DNA from: Gammaproteobacteria bacterium
Lineage (GTDB): Bacteria; Pseudomonadota; Gammaproteobacteria; Steroidobacterales; SZUA-146
DNA length: 64,000 nucleotides
Direction: 5' to 3'
Assembly: GCA_045107075.1 (NCBI GenBank)
Contig: JBGCFV010000047.1
Location: 17,351-81,350, forward strand
The notes below the pieces were generated by a model. The model had not been told where the DNA came from and searched no databases. It was given only the letters and a program-made list of their open reading frames with translations. Of the stretch, positions 46,137 through 53,808 are shown one piece after another. The first letter of the stretch is position 1; every line of letters begins with the position of its first letter. A program made the translations under genes and the position numbers.

Positions 46137-48836
46137 CTACCGCGAAATTAACCGGTAAGCGGCCCAGTCTGCCTGTGGATGCGATTCGATTAACGCTATT
46201 TGTGCCAGCCGTAATGCATGCTCGGGCGCCTGACCACGGATCCAATGAGAGTAAAACTGCTCGATCACCCTATGCGCCATATCGTCACGAACCGGGCGTG
46301 AAGCCGCTAACACCTTCTGGCTTCCTGCCAGTAAAAACGCATTGGCCAGACTCATGCTTTGCGAGGCTGTGCTGGTGGCTTTGGCCGTTTCGCAACCCGA
46401 CAACACGACCAGAGGCGGTGAGTGTTCCAGCGTTAACACATCAGAAATTCCCAAGCCGGAATCTGACCCGAGTTTAAGCTCGCTTCCCCAACCGTATTCA
46501 CCGGCAAACCGTGCGTGCCCCGCAAAGTGAAAAAGATCGCTACGCTGTATGTTCTCTAGCACGCTGGAAAACTGAACCTGCTCGTCAACCAGCGTTTGAT
46601 AAGACCAGGCGAGAGAAGCGGTCAACGTATCTGCGACGTTATTTAGTTCACGACGTGCAGCGGCCAGGTCGCCGCCCGCATCGGCCACCAGTAGTGCGCG
46701 ATTACCTCGCGTTAAAGCGTTTCTTGAACTGGCAATATCCAGACCATAAACAACAGGAACCCGGGAAACCAATGGCTGACCTTTTACGCGAAGGGCATGC
46801 ACATCAATTTCGGCCATAGCGCCCGACACCAACATTCGCAACAACGGCGCCGCCGATATGTCTTCGAAGACGGTTTCAAGCAGACACTCCATTTGTTCAG
46901 ACAGGTCGGTGCGCAGACAGCTCGGCTGCGTAACCCGAAGCGTGGTGCCGTCGTGCGTGAAAAGAGCCCAGGACGTTGGCAATTTCTGAACCAGCACCAA
47001 CAGCTCATTTACTCGAGGAGGTAACAGCGACGGAGACTCAATCTCTCTAAACACATCTGCAGCACCATCTAAAATCTGTCGCAGGCGAGTCTTTCGTGTT
47101 GCGTTTTCACCGGCGAGCTCTACCAGTTCATCGGCCGGCAGCATCCACGCGGACTCCACGGCCACTTCCAACTCTTTACGCAAATCATGATACTCACCAA
47201 GCAGTTGCTCCCACTTCCGTTGAGCAGGCTGCGACAACTGCTCAACGCTGTGAGCTACATTCACGGTATTGAGTGCGCGTCTGCGGGCTTCGCGTGCGAG
47301 CGCAAATGCTTCGTCGTAGCGCTGCACATCTAATAGTAGAGCAATATGTTCATTGGTCACGTTTGAGCGTGCCGTTAGCAAAGCCTCCCTGCCTTGATCT
47401 ATCGGAATTGATGGCAAAACATCGAGCAGTAACCAGTCAGCCTCCATGTACGCGTTAAGCGCCGCCTCCCTATCGCCGGTCGCCGCATAAGTACGTGCGT
47501 GTCCTGCTAAAGCACGCCACTGGGCCTGATGAGAAAGCGTCGCTTTGGCGAGCAGCTGAAGCTCATCGTATTTTCTGTGGGCCAGCTCAAAGTCGCCACG
47601 GTCGAGTGCAATGCGAGCTTCGATGTCCAGTAGCCACAGCGCGCTACGCAGATGCATTGCGTTCGTGTCGCGGGCTTTTTCTATCCACCGCTGCGCACCA
47701 GAAAGATCGTTGGCGTGCCACCGCGCCAAGGCAAGATTGGTTCGGGTATTTATAACGACTGTTGGGCCACATTTCTTCTGAGCCAACTCATCTGCTTTGA
47801 CTAGAAGGTCGGTAGGATCCTCGGAACTCCTACCAGCCTCCAATAGCAGAAGAGCTGCCCAACCCATGTTGGTGAGCGCAAGCGAATGTTCACATGGACG
47901 TATATCGTCAGGCAGCGAACTCCAACGAGACAAATAGGCTAGTGCTTCCTGGCCACGCCCCACTCGCTGCAACTGTACGGCGAGTAACAGTTCGGCGTAC
48001 AACCGCTGCGCCGCCGTACCGGTTCGTTGCGCCTGCAAGGCGGCCTCGTTCAGCCGCGTCAGCGCTGTTCGAGTATTGCTGGTGTTGTAAGCCAGTAAAC
48101 CAAAAAAATAATTCAGGTTATACGCGCTGTCTGCATCGAAGAGCGCGGGTGCTACCGTGTCATTCAAGACCTCGCGTGCTCGCTTGAAATCGCCCTTACT
48201 CATCAGGGTGTAAACAATAACCGTTGACGTGCGCAAGGCATCAGAGTGTTTGCCAGCCTTCATGTCGGCCGCAACGGATTGCGACAGCAGCTCTTCGGCT
48301 TTAGCAATATGACCCAGTCGGCGTTGAGCCTGGCCTAGCAGTCGTAACGCGGCGCCTGCCCAGTGCGGATCAATTGACGACATCGAAGTGTTAAGCAGAA
48401 GAATAGACTCTTCAAGCTTCCCTTCCCGATTCAGTGTTCGGGCGGTTTCAAGCATCTTAGGCCGCGTATTGGACTCAAGTTTCAACGCTGCCGTGCGTAA
48501 ACCGTCGCTAAAACTCAGCGTTGAAACTCCTTTGGGAACGTCGAGTTTAAACCGGGTGCCCCCCAAAACTCTGAGCGTTGTAGCGTTTGATAGCGTAGAC
48601 AGACTCATCCTGTTGCCATCGAAGCCAAACGACACACTATCGCGCAGCCCATGCTCTACCCAGACCGTCAGTGTGCGGCTATCGTTGAGAGTACAGACGT
48701 TTTCCGCAGAAACCGAAGCGCAGCCACTGACCTCAACACGTAGCAGATTGTCGTCCGAAAAAGCCCACGGCATTGTTACAAGCCATAGACTCACTGCGAG
48801 TCTTCGGACTCCATTTTTTGTACGTAGATGACTCAT
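46137..48836 (-). CDS. exported TPR-CHAT domain protein (caspase-like protease fold)
   Basis: 899 aa. Signal-peptide-like N-terminus (RRLAVSLWLVTMPWAFSDD), a roughly 120-aa beta-rich region, then a long TPR array. The C-terminal CHAT domain has the dyad context FHFAGHARF (His codon 46515-46517) and LVVLSGCETAK (Cys codon 46392-46394). Confidence 0.8.
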   Translation of the reverse strand: MSHLRTKNGVRRLAVSLWLVTMPWAFSDDNLLRVEVSGCASVSAENVCTLNDSRTLTVWVEHGLRDSVSFGFDGNRMSLSTLSNATTLRVLGGTRFKLDVPKGVSTLSFSDGLRTAALKLESNTRPKMLETARTLNREGKLEESILLLNTSMSSIDPHWAGAALRLLGQAQRRLGHIAKAEELLSQSVAADMKAGKHSDALRTSTVIVYTLMSKGDFKRAREVLNDTVAPALFDADSAYNLNYFFGLLAYNTSNTRTALTRLNEAALQAQRTGTAAQRLYAELLLAVQLQRVGRGQEALAYLSRWSSLPDDIRPCEHSLALTNMGWAALLLLEAGRSSEDPTDLLVKADELAQKKCGPTVVINTRTNLALARWHANDLSGAQRWIEKARDTNAMHLRSALWLLDIEARIALDRGDFELAHRKYDELQLLAKATLSHQAQWRALAGHARTYAATGDREAALNAYMEADWLLLDVLPSIPIDQGREALLTARSNVTNEHIALLLDVQRYDEAFALAREARRRALNTVNVAHSVEQLSQPAQRKWEQLLGEYHDLRKELEVAVESAWMLPADELVELAGENATRKTRLRQILDGAADVFREIESPSLLPPRVNELLVLVQKLPTSWALFTHDGTTLRVTQPSCLRTDLSEQMECLLETVFEDISAAPLLRMLVSGAMAEIDVHALRVKGQPLVSRVPVVYGLDIASSRNALTRGNRALLVADAGGDLAAARRELNNVADTLTASLAWSYQTLVDEQVQFSSVLENIQRSDLFHFAGHARFAGEYGWGSELKLGSDSGLGISDVLTLEHSPPLVVLSGCETAKATSTASQSMSLANAFLLAGSQKVLAASRPVRDDMAHRVIEQFYSHWIRGQAPEHALRLAQIALIESHPQADWAAYRLISR

Positions 48837-48923
48837 CGGGGATACATAAGTGGTCTTATGACGTTGGATATAGAGGCATACGCAGGTAGCGACCGTAATC
48901 TGACACGAACACGCATTTCACTG

Positions 48924-49751
48924 TCATGGCACCACCCGCACCGGCACGCGCCACGCCTGCCAATCGGAACCGACAACGACTTCTTTTTTCTCTAGTGTCT
49001 CAAAAAGCTGGCCAAGTTCAGGCAAACTTCCCTCCAAACCAATCACAACAAGCAGACTGGTAGATCCCTGGACTAGCTCCAACTCCGTTCCCAATCGACC
49101 CGTAATGCGCACCGCACCAGAGGGTGCGATACTAATAATGGCCTGCTCAGCACGCTCGAATCCGGCTGCTGTTTTTGCATAGAGCCGTGCCTCCATCGGC
49201 TGTTGTGTCGCCGTAGCTGGCACCAGTCTTAACTCCAGCCGATCACCTCCTGTAAATTCGGGCAACTCGGCCGGTGCGCCTGATCGAAACGTCGACCCAC
49301 CGAGTAACGAAAGCTCGTAGCCCGGTAGACTGCTTTGTACCGCATCGCTAAAACCGCTTTGCCCTGAACCAAACTGCCACAGGCCGAAGGCAAGCAACAC
49401 CGTTGCAGCAAACGCAATTGGAGCAAACACCTTTCGGTTTCGCGCTTCGAAGTTGACAACCTTGCTATCTGATTCAGTTTCTTGTTTGACATCTGTAGAC
49501 AGTTTGTCGATTGCGGCAAGTTCAGTCTGTATACGCTCTGAGATCTGTTGCTGAAACGACTCTCCAAGTGGTGCAAACGCGGCTTTTAACGCTGTCGCCT
49601 CTTCCGCAGTCACTGACGCCACAAGATCGGTCAGCTCCGCATCTGAAAGCGTGCCCTCAGCGTATCGCTCCCACCGCGGATCAAGCTGGTCAGCGGCTTT
49701 TTGTTTACGCGCCTCACCAGCCAAAGCTGTTAACAACGTATCGTCGTTCAT
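48924..49751 (-). CDS. single-pass membrane protein, candidate non-ZAS anti-sigma factor
   Basis: 275 aa. The start overlaps the sigma gene stop in an ATGA (49748-49751). One TM helix (VFAPIAFAATVLLAFGLWQF) separates a roughly 115-aa cytoplasmic part from a roughly 140-aa periplasmic part. It has no Cys, so no HxxxCxxC zinc motif. The function is inferred from position only. Confidence 0.45.
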   Translation of the reverse strand: MNDDTLLTALAGEARKQKAADQLDPRWERYAEGTLSDAELTDLVASVTAEEATALKAAFAPLGESFQQQISERIQTELAAIDKLSTDVKQETESDSKVVNFEARNRKVFAPIAFAATVLLAFGLWQFGSGQSGFSDAVQSSLPGYELSLLGGSTFRSGAPAELPEFTGGDRLELRLVPATATQQPMEARLYAKTAAGFERAEQAIISIAPSGAVRITGRLGTELELVQGSTSLLVVIGLEGSLPELGQLFETLEKKEVVVGSDWQAWRVPVRVVP

Positions 49752-50569
49752 CGATTTATCCTTCTCGAAACGTGCTGAATGTCCGTCTCTTCTTGCTGGA
49801 GTTCAAACTGACACTGCTTCGCCTGTTTACGCAACCGACTCCGCCACGCGTAAATTGCGTCGCTCTTAAGCCCTGTCTTGTCTTGCACTTCGGCAACACT
49901 GCACTCTTCAATATAAAGCAGTTCAAACAATTGCCACCCTTGAGGGCTCAGAGCAACGCGAAGCCGGTCCAGCAGCGTGCCCAAGTGGTCACTATGAATA
50001 ATCTGCGCTTCGACCTCTGCGCTCAGACTAACCGGCTCAGCAGCTTCTTCGAGCGCTTCGCGCTCGCGCCACGGATTGCGCTTGCCGCTACGCAAAGCTG
50101 AAATCACATGGCGTTCCGAAATTAAACCTACAAAATTCTCAAGAGACATGCCTCGATCGGCCTGCCAGCTTTTTAACTTTTTCGCACCGTCCTGAAACAG
50201 AGACAGAAATATTTCCTGGGCAAAGTCTTTTGTATCCTGACGCATATCGCGGTAGGACCCGGTACCGAGCAGTTTGCGGGCCACTCGCGCATGTATCACG
50301 GGAGTGAGCCGATTTACCAACTCACCTATCGCTCTGTGATCGCCCGATAAGGCGCGCTGTAATGTTCCTTCATTATCCGACGTCAACGACACTTCTCTAC
50401 TGGGAGAGCGACGGTCGACGCCAATCCATTTTACTCTCGCCATACCGTGACGCGATTGAATAGACATACGCGACCGTCGCGTGATGCTTCTAATAGCGTC
50501 AGTATACAATGGAACTGTGGGCTCCTCGGCGTAATTGGAAGAACGGACGACTGGGTGCTCTGACAACAT
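49748..50569 (-). CDS. ECF-like sigma-70 family sigma factor
   Basis: Region 2-like LVNRLTPVIHARVARKL..DFAQEIFLSLF and region 4 HTH LLYIEECSVAEVQDKTGLKSDAIYAWRSRLRKQ. The real start is probably internal (Met35 or Met43 of the track ORF). Confidence 0.7.
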   Translation of the reverse strand: MLSEHPVVRSSNYAEEPTVPLYTDAIRSITRRSRMSIQSRHGMARVKWIGVDRRSPSREVSLTSDNEGTLQRALSGDHRAIGELVNRLTPVIHARVARKLLGTGSYRDMRQDTKDFAQEIFLSLFQDGAKKLKSWQADRGMSLENFVGLISERHVISALRSGKRNPWREREALEEAAEPVSLSAEVEAQIIHSDHLGTLLDRLRVALSPQGWQLFELLYIEECSVAEVQDKTGLKSDAIYAWRSRLRKQAKQCQFELQQEETDIQHVSRRINR

Positions 50570-50602
50570 GATAAAGCCCTCAGACTTGTTCCAAACAGTA
50601 AC

Positions 50603-50632
50603 GGGTGCGTAAAACTAAAATGTCACGCACCC
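50603..50632. promoter_or_regulatory. perfect 8-bp inverted repeat upstream of the sigma gene (operator or leader hairpin candidate)
   Basis: GGGTGCGT (50603-50610) and ACGCACCC (50625-50632) are separated by an AT-rich 14-nt spacer. The repeat lies 34-63 nt upstream of the longest sigma ORF. Confidence 0.3.
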
Positions 50633-50746
50633 GCTCGGTTATCTTGAAATGGTTCACCTTAAAAAAGGAGTCGCTCAGAGCCTTAAGATAACTTCGAGCA
50701 ACTCCTTTTCCAAGAGCCTGTTAAAAAAACAGTTTTCAACCTGTCG

Positions 50747-52150
50747 CTACGGTGAGCACAGGTTTGGTTCAGCAGCCGGACCCGGGTTACCGAAAAAATA
50801 GGTCCGCAAGAAGAAGAGATCAAGCAGATTAACAACGCCATCTGAATTGAAATCGGCCGGAGCGTTATTCGTGAAGAAAGCGTTCCTGAATAGTGCCAGG
50901 TCAGAGAAGCTGACTTCACAGTCGTTGTCTAAATCGGTGTCACACCGGTTACCAATACCGTCTCCATCTGCATCAATCTGGTTCGGGTTGTCGACTAAAA
51001 TGCAGTTGTCGATGTTATCCGGCACACCGTCATTGTCAGTATCTTGTTGCTGAGGTGCAGCCACCGCAATCGCGTCGATATTGTCGAAAGCGTTGGCCGG
51101 CCCGTCAAGAACCACAAAACTATTTCCTGTTAAGAACGACCCGTAGAGCGTTGACGGCACCAGTCCACCTGATTCGTCAATGGTCGACACAGGATTATTA
51201 GGCTGCACGGTAAACAGCATGGCTAACGCTGGTCCCTGCGGTGTTGGTAACCAAACGAACTCAAAGCCGTCGATGTTAACGTCTGCGGGCAAACCAAAAT
51301 GCAGTGGCCGCAACGCAACTGATGGCGCTGCTGGACCTGTGAACTGATAAATATTGCCGGGGTTCAAGCCCATACGACCTTCGGTATCCACGCTAAAATA
51401 GTGCACATCGCAACCGTTAACAGGGTTACGGTCAAGCGCATCCACGTCGTCGTCGTTGATGAGACTTCCAAACGTAGGATTAGGTGACAAATCGGTATGA
51501 ACCTCAGATTCATCGCGCAACGGCCCCATTCCGAGGAGCGCTGCGGGAAAGCCCCCGCTCACGTCCAGGTTCACGCCGAATACTTCGTCCTGACCGGTAG
51601 TTGTACCATACAAAAAACCGAGTGCAGAAAGACCTTCAACCGGTATTCGCGGTGCGCCGGGAAAACCCCATCCGGCCGTGGAGTCGTCGCTGTACGACAG
51701 CGCGACGGTGCCAAACGGATACACGCAATCAATCGGCGCATTAGCTCTGAGCAGCGGTTGCGGCAACGGTGCATCAGGTGAAACATCGAGCTGATTAATA
51801 CGTGCCGAAATGGCATCGTAAGCATCGATATCGAAGAAGTTTGTGTACAGACCCGGCGTTCCAAGTGGCGCTGCCGAAGCCAGAACACCCTGTACGGGGG
51901 CGGGGTCAACGCCGCCAAACAGATCCGCGTCATCGAGTCTCGGTGCAATAGCCATAAGACTTCCTGCCACCTGACTGGAAAAATACACGTCGCCAGGATC
52001 GGCAAATTCTCCCGGATCGTTTGCCGGATCAGATATTTCCGTGTCTGACCCAATGTCCAGCGAGAACACTAATTCAGCGTCCGCGGTTGTCGGGTAAAGA
52101 GTGAGCGCCAGCACAACGGCTGCGCCTAAAGCGTTGAGTGTTCGGTCCAT
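50747..52150 (-). CDS. secreted protein of unknown function with TSP3/dockerin-like cassette
   Basis: 467 aa with a signal peptide (..[10 protein letters not shown]). The C-terminus is [53 protein letters not shown]. A hairpin plus T-tract (minus strand, about 50655-50705) separates it from the sigma gene. Confidence 0.6.
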   Translation of the reverse strand: [467 protein letters not shown]

Positions 52151-52350
52151 GATTGACTCCTTGAGTGTTTGGATGAGGGCTTACCATAAGTTCCCTCTGT
52201 GCCAAGGAGTTCGCACTGCCATTCAAAAATCTGACAAGCTGGTGCAGATTAATTTACTGTCCAACTTCAGACTCGTTTATCAGACCCGTTTAATGCAACG
52301 TCATATTGCTTGCGGCTCCGGGCTTAATTTTCAAACCGAATTCTTGGAAA

Positions 52351-53808
52351 TCAAACCGCAGTTGGTCGCTTGCTCGCGCTCACGGCGTTATGGGCCAGCT
52401 TGAGATCACGGACGAAGAGCTCGTATTCGAGCTGGGCGTTGGGTGAATTGCCAAGGCGCAACAAGTAAGACGGATGCACGGTGACGATGATTTTGCGACC
52501 GTTATCGTCTTGAAGTAATCGCCCCCTAACGTCTTTGATTCTACAGGGGTGGCCCAGCAACGAGTGCGCAGCCGTCGCGCCCAGCGCAAGCGTAATATCA
52601 GGATCTATATGACTGCGTTCCTGAGTTAGCCACCAGCGGCAGTGTTCGATTTCAGAGCTGTCCGGTCGTACATGAAGTCGCTGCCGACCGCGTGCGCGAT
52701 ATTTGAAATGCTTGACGGCGTTGGTTAGATAAATATCATCTCGCTCAATATTAGCGGCATTAAAGGCGCGATTTAAAACTACACCCGCTGGACCGACAAA
52801 AGGCTTGCCCACAACGTCTTCCTGATCTCCCGGCTGCTCGCCCACAACCATAAGACGCGCGTTATCAGGACCTGCACCAACCACAGCTTGCGTTGCGCAT
52901 TGATGTAGCGAGCAACGTTCACAGGCCCTGATTTTGACAACGAGCTCTTGCAGGCTGCCGACGGGCTCTGGCTCTGGTGCCGTTCGTCGCTGCTGCGAAA
53001 CGAGGCGCTTTGCTTTTACGACAGAGGGTCGGGTGCCGGTTGGCGCTGCAAGTTGATATCGATGAGCATCACGTACCAGGTCGCCGATCAATCGACTCTC
53101 TGGCAAATTATGCCAATACTTCTTGGGCATCTCGGAACCCATCGCCTTCACTTTTAGTCGCGCAGGATTAAAAATGCTCGCATAGTATGTTCGCCACCAG
53201 GACTCAAGCGCGTCTGCGTCGGGACAGTCGGCGCGTGTGGCACCGTCGCCAAAACGTAGCGAGCACTTGTCCCAGTGCACACTCCGTGAGGGCGTCACAA
53301 TAGACCAGTGCATGCCGGCAAATCGTTTTTTGAAAAAAGGCGCTGTGAATTCGACTATGTGGTGATCAGGCTCAAACCACGCTATGAACACCTCACGCTG
53401 ACCGTCCGGCACCTGACGAAACCGCACAAACGCTTTCATCTTGTGTGCATCCCGACGAACAGCTTTTGCCATACGATGGAGCTGCCAGACATCGTCATCG
53501 CTTGCGTCGTCGAGAAGTCGCGGCGCGGACTGCAGTCTCCATAGTACTCGATACAGAAGTGCAAAACGCGCACCGTCACTGTGACATATAACTTGCTCTG
53601 CCAACGGTTGAAAAGCTCGAGGAACGCGCACTGAAACAGGCGTAACCGCCCCTTTCGTGAGCGGCTCTGCAAACAGGTCGCCATTTTCGAAAGGCAGCCG
53701 AAAGCTAACCTGGTCAGGCGAAATGCCCTGATTCAGCAGCTCACGCGCCGCGTCGCGCCAAGCCCGATAGTCGGCTGGTGACTCCAGCTCTACCTCAACG
53801 CCAGACAT
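52351..53808 (-). CDS. fusion of DUF4130/TIGR03915-type DNA-metabolism domain with a family-4/UdgX-like uracil-DNA glycosylase domain
   Basis: 485 aa. The C-terminal half has the Fe-S ligands CERCSLHQC, motif A GEQPGDQED and motif B HPSYLLR. The loop HFKYRARGRQRLHVRP has its His codon at 52672-52674. The start overlaps the stop of the radical SAM gene by 1 nt. Confidence 0.8.
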   Translation of the reverse strand: MSGVEVELESPADYRAWRDAARELLNQGISPDQVSFRLPFENGDLFAEPLTKGAVTPVSVRVPRAFQPLAEQVICHSDGARFALLYRVLWRLQSAPRLLDDASDDDVWQLHRMAKAVRRDAHKMKAFVRFRQVPDGQREVFIAWFEPDHHIVEFTAPFFKKRFAGMHWSIVTPSRSVHWDKCSLRFGDGATRADCPDADALESWWRTYYASIFNPARLKVKAMGSEMPKKYWHNLPESRLIGDLVRDAHRYQLAAPTGTRPSVVKAKRLVSQQRRTAPEPEPVGSLQELVVKIRACERCSLHQCATQAVVGAGPDNARLMVVGEQPGDQEDVVGKPFVGPAGVVLNRAFNAANIERDDIYLTNAVKHFKYRARGRQRLHVRPDSSEIEHCRWWLTQERSHIDPDITLALGATAAHSLLGHPCRIKDVRGRLLQDDNGRKIIVTVHPSYLLRLGNSPNAQLEYELFVRDLKLAHNAVSASKRPTAV

